This document shows positions 1-13,508 of a stretch of DNA of 50,871 nt, in pieces. The notes under the pieces were generated by a model. That model did no database searches. It was not told the origin of the DNA and saw only the letters and a list, made by a program, of their open reading frames with translations. The DNA lies in contig MU271522.1 of NCBI GenBank assembly GCA_021432655.1, forward strand, positions 1-50,871, in the 5' to 3' direction. Source of the stretch: Atractiella rhizophila (taxonomy: Eukaryota). A program made the position numbers and the translations under genes. Each line of letters begins with the position of its first letter. Position 1 is the first letter of the stretch.

Positions 1-1294
1 TCGGATGAAGGCGCTGGTGTTCACAAGAAGTAATGACTGCGCTGTTTCCGATCAAATCTGTCCAGGTAATATCCAGTATCTTTTGCTACTACTTCATTCG
101 TTGTTTTACTACAACACCAGTTCGTGTAACCGGAACGGCTATGGACGCTACGCTGCTTTGAGCTCAAGTATCCCCGGCGATATATGTTCTCTGTGCGCCG
201 ACATGATTGCAAAATAAAGCTATATATTTCATTTCCAAGCTACTAGTGTATGTTTAGTAGTAGTCATGCATTCCGTTTCAGCCATTTCAGGATCATGATT
301 CAGAAACTACAACTCGAACTTGTACTTCATTCCCTCTACTGCCCCACCGACAAAGCCGAGGCAACTCCAAGCCGCTTCTATGATCCGCCCAAGTTGTCAC
401 ATGAAGCTGCTACAAACTGCGCGAGGGATGGAGCTGTGGAACAGTTCAAACTAGTAGCAGCAGCCGACGTGCTTGCTTTAGCACTAACATTCCTCGTCAA
501 GCTCGTGGAAATACCGTCAAGGGTCTGTGGCTTCGAAACCCATCCAGTGTACGTCATTCCGTCCCTCCATTTACCCTCTACTTCAACAGAGTACGGAAAT
601 CTTTATGCACCACGTGCTGACTTCAGATGTGGGAATACCGCGATGATTTGATCGAGTGGAAGTCTGGACCCTGATAATATTCCTGGGGAATACTTGCAAG
701 GCCTGGATCATCTTATACGGCACTAGAGCGCTCTCCACCTTCGTTGTCGCTTAGGGACATTCGAGGGCGCTCACATTCGTCAATTCACAATTCACACAAC
801 AACACTGCCCTCATCCAATCAAGTTGGAAGCTCTTGTGACAGCAGTATGTCTCTCCCTCCTCCCCCTTTGTATTTGGACGAGAGTGACGAAGAAACCAAA
901 TTCGAAATATAAAGGGAGGATGTTCGCGGCGAGCTCTCTCACGGAAAGGTCCTGTGTTATCAACAAGCTCAGGTCACCTGGTCACTGCGACCCGTATTTT
1001 ACTGTGTCAACCTAGGTGGAGTCAATCCAGCTATGTGTCTTGGACAAACCTCTTAGAAGTTCTTGTACTCATGGACGACAAAGATACTGGGTCAGCGCTG
1101 CTCTCCTGCCCTCCTCTTCACTGTCGAAGTTACGAATCAAAAAAAAAAAAAAAAAAAGTGCAATTTAGTTGTGCGCGGCGCGTCGTGTTTGTTTGATGGT
1201 GTTTACGACTGTTGATCGAAGAAAGGTGTTGAATTGAGCGGGACAATGGAGTGCTCAATCAGTAGGGAACGATTGGGCTCATAACCTGTTGAAA

Positions 1295-1410
1295 CTGAGG
1301 TTCATCAGAGTGACAGGACGAAGAAAAGATCAGCATTGCATGAACGTTGGTGAGGAGTCACCTACCTGAGGTTCATCAGAGTGACAGGACGAAGAAAAGA
1401 TGAACCTCAG
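1295..1410. repeat. 36-bp direct repeat pair plus 12-bp inverted copy
   Basis: CTGAGGTTCATCAGAGTGACAGGACGAAGAAAAGAT at 1295-1330 and 1366-1401. GATGAACCTCAG (1399-1410) is the reverse complement of the repeat start. Confidence 0.9.
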
Positions 1411-1689
1411 ATAGCTGAAAAACAGACTAAACTACGGGAGCGGGCGGAACTGACACCAGATGCGATAGCCAGCTCAAAAGGGCAGAAAGAAAGTAAAAGT
1501 CGAAAACGTAATAACTTCAACATTTACAACTGGAATTGACCGCGTGACTCGCCAGGAAACTTATTCCTTCTCCTTTGTTGCGTCCAGTTGGACGCCGAGT
1601 GAATCACGTTTAATGCAACAAGGACCGTGGTTTGTGAGCGGTGATAGAACATATCTTCGAATATCTGTTGAACAGAAAATAGATCAGGT

Positions 1690-3297
1690 TACTACATCAG
1701 AATAATGGCATTAAGAAAGAAATATGTTCACTAGGGTTGACAACTGAACGGATGTGTGTGCTGCAGGTAAGCCATCACCCATGCACTGCGTGAAAGAACC
1801 TCACGTAATTGGAAGATGGATGACGGAGAGATGGACTTTTGTCATTATAATCCCACTTCGCGTTCCTCATGGCAGGCATTTGGGAGAATCGAACAAGTCG
1901 TTGGCGGTTATCAGGCATTGGTGCCACGTCAAGTCTGTTTCCAGTCTACATGCTTGAGAAATCTATATGATGCAAGGGTGCACAGGAAGGTGAAGTGAAA
2001 CTCACGCTGACCGTGATTGACAATCGACCTGAAGCAATGCGACAACTTGAGCAGGGCGAGGCCATTCTGAGAAACTTCCTTCAAATATTCGACGATCCTC
2101 TATACAGCGACGTCGCTTTCACCTTCACTCGAGTGGACGGGTTGCCCTTACGTTTGTACTCGTCGCGAGGGTTATTGAGTGGCTTTCATAACCATTTCAG
2201 GACAAGTAGGCAACCTTCAACGAGCTGATAATACCTGAATATTTTCCAGTGTTCAGATCAAATGGCTTCAAAGAATCTCTGGATGTAACAGACGGCGAAC
2301 CTGGCGAGAAGGAGAAGGAAGACCTACTTGAAGTTGAGGCAGAAGATTCTGATAATGATCGCGATATGACATTGAGGCAAAACTTGGTTCGTGTACAACT
2401 ATCGGATGACACCTCTAAATCGTTCTCAGCCTGAAACATGGGAACCTCACAAACTTAAAGAACTTCCGATACGACACGCCTGCTATACGACATATCGTGC
2501 GCTCCTGTTTTATCTATACTCAGGGCTTGTCTTTCAGCTTCAGTTTCCCAGTTTGGCATTGATGCTGACCTTAGGAAGATCGAGTTCGCAGTTCTAAAAT
2601 CGAACAGCAAAGCACAAGAAGTCTGCGCCATTGCTGAAAATAAACCAACCAACGCACATTGCATGGTCGACAGACTTCCAGAGGAGCATTCAGACCCTCT
2701 GCTTACCACACCGGCTGTCACGTCGAAGGAGTCGTTTATCGAGTTGAAACGTGGGCAACTTCGCATTTTAGCAGAGCAACTCTGATCCTTACAACAGAGC
2801 TCTGCCTTAAGGTATCACCGAAATCAATGTATAAACTTGCGCACGGTAAGACCTCTACGGCATTGACGTTGGAAAACTGATGTTAAGGTAGCATATGACA
2901 TCCAACCTCTCAAAGACCTCGCCTTACAGAGTATTGTGGCTCAACTTACGCCAGACAATATCTTACTCGAGGTAACCTCCGTGTTTGCAGCAACGTATGA
3001 CGAGGTTCGAGCGAAAGAGGTGACATATTGGGTGAATAATTGGGTGTGTAGAAACCGAAATCATGGCCGCTTGTCAATTTGACAGTGTTGTAGCAAAAAG
3101 TGAGGCAGAGCCCGGTACATGATCATTTCAAAGTTACGCCCGGTTTTGTCGATTATGGGCTGTTCATCGAGACCATGAGCGAGGTCGAAAGGTCCGTTCT
3201 CATTTTTTGCGGTCAAAGTTGTTGTGCTAGCTCAAAGAGAGCATGTTTAGGGGCAAGGGCAGGAGAAGTCCAAGACGAAGGAACCCAGATTTGTTAA
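1690..3297 (+). CDS. BTB/POZ-domain protein, basidiomycete type, copy 1 (multi-exon; 5' end approximate)
   Basis: Exons give FDDPLYSDVAFTF...F(RS)NGFKES...DSDNDRD...HACYTTYRALLFYLYSG.IEFAVL...VSPKSMYKLAH.YDIQPLKDLALQSIVAQLTPDNILLEVTSVFAATYDEVR...YWVNNW. This is the typical fungal BTB/BACK-like pattern, shared with three other copies here. Confidence 0.8.
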
Positions 3298-4314
3298 ATG
3301 CGTGACACAATGTAAAGCTATGACAAGGTGCAATTCTCTATTGCCATTCTGGACTTGCTTTCTGGGCTCTCATGATGTTAGTACACCGTTCTCCTGCGGA
3401 TTTCATGGGTCTTGAAATTTAGACTGGTTATCTAATGCAAGCATTTAACGTTGTCATCGTCCTCGTACTTGTCTAACTTGAATGTCTCTGCTGAAGAAGA
3501 GATTTCATTATGACTTGCTTCAAGACAGCCCAAAGCTGTCAAGTTTCGACTTGGCACTTAGCCTAGCTTCTACTTTCCTGCATCCGTTGACACGCTGCAT
3601 ACTGACAGATGATTGCAGAGGATATGCAGAAGATACTCGTCTCGGGCACACTATGTGTGGAATGGTCTTTCGTACACATACCTGTCAGTTAGCCTGTGTT
3701 GGAGCGACAAAGAATTTAATGCTCAAACTTCCTTGTGAGTGTGAGAGAGCCCAAACACTGTATTCCGTCCGTGCGCGTCCTCCACTTCAAGGAGCGTTGT
3801 CGGTTATCTTTGATCAAGTGTATAATCCCGCTTTGGGCTCGCTTCCTCCACTCGGTCGAGGAACTGATGCCCTCGTTTATCAGGCATACTCGATCACCTT
3901 TAGAAACGGTGAGAGCCCAAAGGTTCAACTTCGAGCTGCTGAATGAATAGGCCCGCAGGGGAGGAGACTCGGGAGAACGGCGCGCATTTCAATTTCAATG
4001 TATCCAGGCATTCCAGTTAGGTTGCTTGATGTCTGCGACGATCTCCGCCCGAACTTGAATACAGCGAGCAGCGAGAGCACTCTTCCACTACTATTGAACA
4101 TTGAACACACCAAGCTCAATAGGTGGGTCCTCCTTCACCCGGCGCTTCGTGATGTTTGTGCAAGTGGCAGAGTTTCTCAGAGCCTTGAATACGCATGAGG
4201 GACTTCCAGATCATCCATTTTATAGACCAAGGCTGAAAAGGAGACTGTTTGCTTGATGGCACCTTCCCCTCCATCCACACAATTTCGCTGGAAAAAGGAG
4301 ACGCCGTATCATAG

Positions 4315-5907
4315 ATGTCATCATCCTCTTCTTCAGCAGGTTTCAACACCTCCATCGAAGAACAGCTCGAACTCGCTCTTCAACGCGCAGCTGTGGAAGG
4401 AGTGCTATCTACCAGTCGCACCTATCTCACTGGTTTGCACACTCTGTCCTTTCCCCATGTGAGCTTTACTGAACTGAAGGGCAGCTTGCTTTGCACTCTA
4501 CGCTTGGGACTTCGTCCTCACCTTTCCGGGCGAATATAGGGCCATGTGGAAGGCTGAGCGATGGACACCAGTCCGAGTCTCGTTCTTGTTCAATCGGTCC
4601 GCTTCTCTTCTTTCCGAATTCGCTATGTCGTCGGAAGATTTATTGGAGAAATATGAAGGTACTGGGGCCTCTTGACCTTCGTCCAAGCTATGGTTCTTGC
4701 CTGGATTGAAATCAGCCCGAAAACATGCGACAAGATTCAGATTCTTGAACCTATCGCTACCACCATTCTCTTTTGTGCATGCTCTCCTCCCAAACTACGT
4801 TTTAACCTTACATGATCTGGATATAGTGAACTGCGAGTTCCTCCTCGGCGCAAGAGTGTGGGCAGTGTCGAACCGTCGTCCATGGATCGCCTACTTCTTT
4901 GGGATATTCGCGATTAGTGGGACGGCTATCCAGGTCTGGTCGTTTTCTCAGAACACAGCCGTGCGTTTGTGAGTAATCAACCTACGGGAGAGATAAATGT
5001 CGACGTATCCGAAAGATTGCCCGGTTTGAGAGGATGCATCTCAAACAGAGGAGCCCACAAGTAATGCGTCATCACCTCCATCTGTTACGAAGATGCTGAT
5101 GCTTCGTAAAGCTACATATGGGCTTTTTGGTTTGTACTCTACTGCTTAAATATGGATCAGATTGCTAAGTAACCGTAGGGTGCCGGTTCTCCTTTACGAC
5201 ACGACGGCAACGGTGTTCATGCTCATGTGCGTTACCTGGTATTCCTTTTGGCGTGTTGCTAAATCTCCGAAAGACCCGTCCTCACGAACTGGCGCAACGT
5301 ACCACCCACGCGTCTTCTCACAATCTTCATGCGCGATGGCGTCCTCTACTTCATCATCGTATCAGCGTGCAACCTAGTTAACGTAATTTACTTCTCGTTC
5401 GTAGACTTTCCCTTTTCGACAAACCTTTCACCGTGAACTGACGACAACCCGCAATACAGCATGGCTTCAACACCCAACCCGGCTTTGAATGGACCGCTGG
5501 CCATGGCATTCACGACAATGATGGCCTCTCGTATTGTGCTCCACCTTCGATCTGCCGCTCCACGCCTAAACTCACGGGAGGGAGACATCAACCGAAGTGA
5601 CATGTATGGACGGAGTAATACTGCTCCGAAGTTTCGGAGCGCTAACAAGCCGGATGTTCATCAACCACCACCAGACTCGTATCTTCAGAGCGTAGGGAGG
5701 CGGACAGAAGGGGAGCTACCTGTCAGCTATGTTGATGTGATCGTCAATATAGAGACGGAGATAAATGATGAAAAGAGGTCGGCCTGCCATTTTCACCCGT
5801 TACCCGAGGATGCTAATTGGGAAGACAGGAAGGATGCGGGAGAGGAGAGCGAGAGTAGAGGAGAGGATAATTTGTCGGAAAAATATGTTGGAGAAGAGAA
5901 GAAATAA
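4315..5907 (+). CDS. DUF6533-type multi-pass membrane (receptor-like) protein, copy A, apparently intact
   Basis: Spliced: MSSS..EEQLELALQRA..ACFALYAWDFVLTFPGEYRAMWKAERWTPVRVSFLFNRYW..LGARVWAV..GC..LLYDT..FMRDGVLYF..NLVNV..TTMMASRIVLHLR. The WD..LT..E...W...W...F..NRY, RDG..YF and SR..L.LR motifs are characteristic of the basidiomycete DUF6533 family. Confidence 0.85.
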
Positions 5908-7348
5908 GCCAGGAATACAACTTATAGCCTATGATGTGTCTATTCTCGATGGGCAATACGGTGCTTTAAGTTCTGCATTGTGATTAGTTAAGCGGTTCGC
6001 ATGCTGCTCCAGTTGACCGTGTTGCTCTGCAACAATGGATGACGGCGCTGAGGAAAGGGCTGCTCGACTCGGAGAGGTGGAGGGGAGCACAGAGTACAGT
6101 AGACCGTCTGGGCTTGAGCGACAGTCAGGGGATGTTGAGGGAGTTTCAACATATCTTGTCACATTCTTCTGGCGCCAAGTCGTACCTGACGTTTCGGATA
6201 TCTTCTCACCCAGCGCCCTGCTTCCCGCGCGCTGTGTCCCGGGCGAGTGCGACAGTACGGTGCTTGTAGAGGAGTGACACCCAATTGCTCTGGATTCTCA
6301 CCTCCCAGTATGCGACTTCTCAAGCGTACCAGCCGAGGTCACCAATGAATAATGGCTGCACGAAAATTCACCCATTACTTGCGTCCGAAGCGAGGCACGG
6401 TGGTCATTTCTATCGCCACGTTGTAGGCGCATCGAAAGGACCTACGGATTTATCCACTGTGTAGGAGCAACTTGAACGATGAGTCTGCAGAACTCCATAG
6501 TATTCGAAGCAGGATACAGTCAACGAGCATCGACCTGAGGGCACAGACCGTCATGCTCCATATTGCGAACCTGGATTCCCCATCATGGATAATTGGATTG
6601 TGCGCATCACTTCCCCTTCAATCGACCGATTTGGGTAGCTCCATGACTTTGATATCACTCTTTCTTGAAGCGCTTATAGACTCATAGTGTATGAAAACGC
6701 TTGTTCTGAATGATTTTATTATTATTCTGAGACATCCTCCAGCAGAAGCTTTCTTGAAACTCATTATGGACCAAAATATGTGGTACCCCTTCATGGAATC
6801 AGACGATTCGTTGAGGACGGGTTTACTATTGATTTTGGAGCTTCATGCGAAGGCTTCCAGTTTGACGATTTAATTCAGGTACCAGCATTTGAACCCGTTG
6901 TAATCGTTCTCCCGTTTACCGTGGCGAGAATGGCCCTTGATCCAACTTGCTCTCAGGTTACTGTATGTGCTCTGAGGACGGAACACTCCGCTGAAAATAG
7001 TTGAAGCAAATGTGTTGTAATCCTGTTCTGAGAACCTGTGGTTGCCCCCGCAGAAGGTCTGATGGGAGTGCAGTCAAAACTCTCGTCCGAATGCGGAGAA
7101 AGAGTGCTGAACAAATGTCCATCTTGCTTGTTCTACCAATTGACCGCGATTGCCCTCCTGAATTGGTGGGTCGTCTTTCGTCGCGGCTTCAATTTTGTGT
7201 GCACAGATATACAAACCTAATGGTTCCTCAAAGTTCTTCAGCAGGATTTCCAGATCAGTTATATTGGGATGAGGCTTATTTAACCAGCTAGCGCCTTGCA
7301 GCCTTTCACAATCCTCAATTTGCTAGGCATCGTGATCGACGAGACGCC

Positions 7349-8918
7349 ATGTCATCTTCTGCTCCTTCGGGGGACCTTACCGTGCAAGAGCAGCTCGATC
7401 TCGCTAATCAGCGTGCGGCCGTGGAGGCCATCCTTTCTGCTAGTCGGACCTATCTGACCGGTTCGTGTTGTCCACTTCCTTTCATTTTCCCCGTCGCTGA
7501 CTAGGAGGCCAGCTTGCTTTGCGGTTTACGGTTGGGACTTCATTATCACTTTCCCAGCCGAATATAAGTCCATGTGGAAGGGGGGACGTTGGACGCCTGT
7601 CCGAGTCTCATTTTTCTTCAACCGGTACCTCTCCTTCCTCTCTCTTCCGCTCTCAGGCGCGAAACTTATGGGGGAAATAGGTACTGGGGCCTCTTGGATT
7701 TCGTCCTCGTGATGTGTTTTATCTGGCTTGAATTCAAGCCGAAGACTTGCGAGAAGGTTCATTTTCTGGAACCTATCGCTACCACTATTCTCTTCTGTGC
7801 GTCCATTCTGGTGGCCAGTATCAGCAGGCTGACTAATGTAGTCTGGATCAAGTAAACTGCGAGTTCCTTCTCGGCGCAAGGGTCTGGGCAACCTGGAACC
7901 GTCGCAATTGGGTTGCCTACTTTTTCGGGTTATTTGCCCTTGTGGGGACTGCCGTTCAAGTCTGGTCGTTTGCTGGGAACAAACCCCTGGCTTTGTGCGT
8001 CTTCAAGCTATGAGAGAGAAGTACTGACATTTCCCATAGACTGCCCGGATTGAGAGGATGCATCTCTGCTCGAGCAGGTGATAAGTGATTCGTTTTCAGA
8101 TCAATCTAACTGAACCTGGCTGATGCGTCGTAAAGATACATATGGGTTTATTGGTCCGTGTCCCTATCGAAGTATTAATCAGAATGCTGATGAAAAGCGC
8201 AGGATCCCGCTTCTCCTCTATGATACCACGGCAACGATATTTATGCTAATGTCCGTCACCCATCGCTCATGCGACTAACTCCTGAGCCTTTAAAAGACCA
8301 CTCATCTCACATTCGCGCAATGCACCTCTTACGAACCTCCTCTCAACCTTCATGCGCGATGGTGTCCTATACTTCGGCGTCGTAACCATTTGCAACCTGG
8401 TGAATGTCATTTATTTCTCGTTCGTAGTGCCTTATCTCCCTCTTTTCAAGCTGACTTCTCTTTCGAACCAGCATCCCTACAGTACCCAGCCCAGCTTTAA
8501 ATGGGCCACTCGCCCTCACGTTCACCACAATGATGGCTTCACGTATTGTGCTGCACCTTCGATCTGCCGCTCCTGGCTCACAGGGAGGTGGCACAAGCCT
8601 GAGTGGGAGTGGTTCCCACGCACGCAGTAACATAGGTCCAAAATTTTGGAACCGGAATAAAACCAATGTTCATGAACCTCCTGAGGTGCATCTTCAGAGC
8701 GTGGGGAGGCGAATAGAGGGGGGGTTACAGGTTAGTTATACAGGTGTGATCGTTGAGGTGGAGACGGAGACAAACGTGGAAAAAAGGTTGGTCTGGGGTT
8801 TATCCTTGTAGGTCAAGGATCCTGATGGGGGTATAGACTTGAGGCGGCCGAAGATGCAGCGAATCAAGAACGGGAGCACAGGTCGTTAGAGCAAAGCGTT
8901 GTATCAGAGAAGAGATAA
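7349..8918 (+). CDS. DUF6533-type multi-pass membrane protein, copy B, apparently intact
   Basis: Same motifs and intron positions as copy A (WDFIITFPAEYKSMWK, FNRYW, MRDGVLYF, MMASRIVLHLR). ATG at 7349; last exon ends SVVSEKR-TAA at 8918. Confidence 0.85.
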
Positions 8919-9898
8919 CTGGAGCAATTTGTCATCAACGTATATTGACCAATATCTCCAGTGTCGCCAAAATTGCCTATCATATAAACCTTAGCTTCCA
9001 TTAGGATTGATGGAATGGAATAATACTGACTCTGCACTCTAAATCGGTTTCAATTCAATTTCACATAGTTTCCCTAATGCATAGATATGGTTAATATCAA
9101 GATATACACCCAACGGATGGAAAGGTTCCCGCAAAGAACCTGAATCCAACTGACTTTCGATTATACATTTCGAGGGACTCAGACTCAAACTTGAGGTTCA
9201 TACAGGTTCGTTATTAAACCCTCTGAGTTTCTTGATCGAACAAAGACGTTTTTCCGCTCCAGCGCTTCTTTCAATGGGTATGCGCTGGCAACGAACCACA
9301 ACCGGTATTCCAACGTGCTCCAGGCACTGCAATGACCACCAATCTTTTGGGAGCTCTTGCTCAAGCTACTGTGCTGGAACTGAAAGTTATCGAATGGAGT
9401 ATGGTATCTGCATGCTAAGTCGAGCTTCTTGGGAAGAAGGAACATCCGAAAATGTCCATCATCAAATCATGTTCGTAGACGATATCAAACAGAAGGGAAA
9501 AGGCAACGAGTATGGCAAAAGAGGAGGAAAGAAGAGAACGAGGAACCAGAGAACGGAAAGAAAAGCGTATACAAGAACATCTGCCTCGCGTTGCCTTCAT
9601 CCCCTTAGCGTTGTTGCTTCTTCCCGCTCTTAATGAGTGAGGCAGTCTGTCGCAACTTGAAGCAAAGACGATCCAGGCAAATTCCCTTTCTGTAGAGCAA
9701 TTCTCCTCCCATCCAAGCGAATTCTCAAACAGCGCAACGCAGTTCGTGACCTCGTCGTTGATTATAGTAAGTACTTCCCCGTGCTTTCCCAGTTCAATTT
9801 CCACCCGAGAATGATGCTCATTCGTGTTTGTATAGTGATCACGCAGGGGTAATAAATATTTATGCACTACCTGGGCTGGGATGCTAAGTGGGAGCAAT

Positions 9899-12054
9899 GT
9901 TTGCGTGGAGATATTTATACGATGTCCAAAATGGCTTGCTACCATTGCTTCGGACTCCAACTAAGGCTCCGTGCAGGCTCCTGCAATATTTGCCTCTCCA
10001 GAGCTACGTCGTGCGTATCACTCCATTTCCATATATTCCCTGAGGAATATGACCTAGTAGTACAGGAGAATGACTCGCGCAACACCCTGCTTTCCAAAAT
10101 ACCCATAGCGTATGAAAACGCTGGATACTGTCTCGTTCGGCGTATCTCAAGCCCAAGCTCTCCCTTAAACCCACGAAAGGAAATCTAAGCACTAGCCCTC
10201 TATGTTCCCCAGAATGAGGAACTGAATTGAGGTGCTTGCCCATTTTTATAGCCCTTAATTTGAGGTTCCAGAAGGACCAGTTATGAAGGAGTCAATTTCT
10301 AAAACTGGCCCTGTCTCATACATGCCCATCTAGTACACTTGGAAGTAGTCACGTCAGTTATACGAAATGGCACCCAAGATGTACCATCCAACTTGGTTGT
10401 TTGAATTGTCATTAGATTCTGCCTCGCGCGATACTTATTTCTTTCTGATACGTCAAGTTGGACCATGAAGTGACCTGTTGCAGCTCTGCCGGAGGGTTTC
10501 TCGGTGTAGGTAACATATTGGATGGAGACATGGGCTCGCACAAGTCAGAGTCTCATTCTCGCCTACTACTTCTACCTTTCTATAGGCAGCGCAGCGGGGT
10601 ACACCCGCTTCAAACAAACTTGTGCGTGGAAATATCAGTCATGATCTGTTCGTCCGGACAATGACCGGAGTGATTCTGATCCTGTCGGTTCCCGAACCAG
10701 TCTTTTAATTATATCTTGATTTTTGAGTACCGTCCGGCGTAGAGTTGAGTTCAGGCTGCAAGGAAATAGTACATTTTATCCTGGTAACAAGCGGCGAAAT
10801 TTTGCGAACAGAAAGCAGAGCTGCTTGAGACGAGTAAATGATTGAGCGACAAGAATAGCTGGGAACAGGAGGGTTGGATTGCCCTGACCCCACAGACCGT
10901 CCTGTTTCATGGATGTGATCTTCTGTTGTGATGGAATGCAACAAAACGAAAGTACTTGTGCGAATATGGCGAGTGAAAGTTTCAAACAATGTTCTGTTTT
11001 TCTTCGTTCTCGCAGTTGATTTCTATTGAGGTCCACTGAGTTCTTCACGGTAGCGTTGACAGAGCTTCTAGCAAGAAGGACTTTCAGAACACTTTGTATT
11101 CAAATAGTCGCATAAAGAAGCATGTTTAGCCCGCAGCAAGAGACCTGCACCTTTATTTGGCACCAAGGGTACCAAGGGGACGCTATCTCATCGTCCCCTC
11201 CCTCAAGAGGCAGTCCAACTGTGGAATAACAGCTCGATTTCGCCGTCCAACGCCAGGTTTTGGAGAAAGTCCTGTCTGTCAGGCGTATCTATCTCACAAG
11301 TTTATGTCTCCTCAATCCTACTCGAGCCTTAGTGAAAGAGAGTACAGTGTGCTTTGCAATTTATGGATGGGACTTAATCCTCACTTTACCAGGCGAATAC
11401 AAGGCTATGTGGAAGGCAGATCGTTGGACGCCAGTTCGAGTCTCAACTTTCTTCAACCGGTATGTCTCTCTGCATGCCCTCGAGGATCACTCCAATGCAC
11501 AGAAGACTGATGTGGGAAATATGAAGGTATTAGGGTCTGTTGACTTTTGCCCTAGCAATGTGTCTCCTCTGGTTTGAATTCGCCTCGAAATCGTGTGACC
11601 TCGAACCTGTTGCTACTACCATTCTCTTTGTGTCCCATCCGCCCTAATCCTAAAATATTTAACGCGTTATAGATGCCCTGGACTGCGAGTTCCTCCTTTG
11701 TGCAAGAGTCTGGGATTGTGGAATCGTCGTAAAGGGATCGCGTATTTCTTTAGGATATTTGCCATTAGCGGCACGCCAATTCAGGTATGGCCCTTCGCCG
11801 GGGACTATACTGGTATCAACTTTTACTTTTAGGGAACGATGACTTATATTGCGTAAACTGATTCCAAAATATTCCTAGCGTGTCCATTATTGGGATACAA
11901 TCGCACAATACATATATACTTCTCAACAGAAGTGAAATTATTATCCATGCAACAATACCTTACAGCTCCACATCTTTTCCCTCAAGCCAAGCCTTTGTTA
12001 TCACCCACAGCATCGTCATGAGCTTTAAATTTTACATGAATACAAAGGAAGGAA
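9899..12054 (+). repeat. Tandem segmental duplication, copy 1
   Basis: 9899-9982 matches 12496-12579, 10255-11811 matches 12580-14135, and 11812-12054 matches 15329-15571, with high identity and scattered SNPs and 1-bp indels. Confidence 0.95.
11185..11811 (+). pseudogene. DUF6533-type pseudogene, copy C (3'-truncated)
   Basis: The start codon position reads ATC, there is an in-frame TAA at 11227 and further indels. The WDLILTLPGEYKAMWKADRWTPVRVSTFFNRY motif is retained. The gene is cut off at 11811 by a deletion. Confidence 0.85.
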
Positions 12055-12065
12055 AAAAAAAAAAA

Positions 12066-12499
12066 AAACGAGGGAGGGTCAAGAATTGCGCCTCTCGCTC
12101 CGGATGATCCCTTGCGCCCCCAAGGGGGAGGCAACTCGCACACGTGAGCGGAATACGAATGGGTGAAAAATATTTAAAATGCGTAATAATGAGCCTTTGA
12201 AGGCGTCATAGGCATAATACTGGCAAAGATAAATTAAGGAAAGCAAGGATGGAGTGGGGAAAAGGTCTTCGTTGAGTTTTTGATGGTATAAAGGGTCAAG
12301 AACTTGTTTCAGGTGCTTTTGAGGTTAACCAAAGCCTTTGAAGTGATATCAAGTGCAGAAAATGGTGTCTTGCTCGTGCTAGAAGTTGGCGAAAATAGTT
12401 ACAAGACGCGCCAAGAAACCTGGGGGGCCTGCAGGTTCCACCTTGGGGAGTCCAACAATCATCTGGAGCGGCAAAAGTTTTCTTGACCCTCCCTCGTTT
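12066..12499. mobile_element. Non-autonomous TIR element (MITE-like, ~430 bp) at the duplication junction
   Basis: Perfect 20-bp inverted repeat AAACGAGGGAGGGTCAAGAA (12066-12085) / TTCTTGACCCTCCCTCGTTT (12480-12499), extending imperfectly inward (CGCTCCRGATGAT, CCCCAAGG). No credible ORF inside. The outer AAAC/GTTT may be host sequence. Confidence 0.8.
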
Positions 12500-13508
12500 G
12501 CATGGAGATATTTAAACGATGTCCAAAATGGCTTGCTACCATTGCTTCGGACTCCAACTAAGGCTCCGTGCAGGCTCCTTTAATTTGAGGTTCCAGAAGG
12601 ACCAGTTATGAAGGAGTCAATTTCTAAAACTAGCCCTGTCTCATACATGCCCATCTAGTACACTTGGAAGTAGTCACGTCAGTTATACGAAATGGCACCA
12701 AGATGTACCATCCAACTGTGGTTGTTTGAATCGTCATTAGATTGTGCCTCGCGCGATACTTATTTCTTTCTGATATGTCAAGTTGGACCATGAAGTGACC
12801 CGTTCCAGCTCTGCCGGAGGGTTTCTCGGTGTAGGTAACATATTGGACGGAGACATGGGCTCGCACAAGTCAGAGTCTCATTCTCGCCTGCTACTTCTAC
12901 CTTTCTATAGGCAGCGAAGCGGGGTACACCCGCTTCAAACAAACTTGTGTGTGGAATTATCAGTCATGATCTGTTCGTCCGGACAATGACCGGAGTGATT
13001 CTGATCATGTCGGTTCCCGAACCAGTCTTTTAATTATATCTTGATTTTTGAGTACCGTCCGGCGTAGAGTTGAGTTCAGGCTGCAAGGAAATAGTACATT
13101 TATCCTAGTAACAAGCGGCGAATTTTGCGAACAGAAAGCAGAGCTGCTTTGAGACGAGTAAATGATTGAGCGACAAGAATAGCTGGGAACAGGAGGGTTG
13201 GATTGCCCTGAGCCCACAGACCGTCCTGTTTCATGGATGTGATCTTCTGTTGTGATGGAATGCAACAAAACGAAAGTACTTGTGCGAATATGGCGAGTGA
13301 AAGTTTCAAACAATGTTCTGTTTTTCTTCGTTCTCGCAGTTGATTTCTATTGAGGTCCACTGAGTTCTTCACGGTAGCGTTGACAGAGCTTCTAGCAAGA
13401 AGGACTTTCAGAACACTTTGTATTCAAATAGTCGCATAAAGAAGCATGTTTACCCCGCAGCAAGAGACCTGCACCTTTATTTGGCACCAAGGGGACCAAG
13501 GGGACGCT

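Noticed and set aside
250..651. 133-aa ORF (also 3482-3946, 154 aa)
   Set aside because: No recognisable domain or supporting exon structure.
1139..1157. Poly(A) tract as a retroposon tail
   Set aside because: No target-site duplication or recognisable retroelement sequence found.
1295..1401. CRISPR-like geometry (36-bp repeat, 35-bp spacer, 36-bp repeat)
   Set aside because: Only two repeats, no cas genes, eukaryotic context; better explained as a local duplication.
6472..6873. Leucine-rich frame broken by one stop; possible decayed F-box/LRR-type gene
   Set aside because: No diagnostic motif; cannot be supported without a homology search.
9185..9960. Minus-strand protein-like fragments
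   Set aside because: Possibly a gene remnant, but no family recognised and frames are interrupted.
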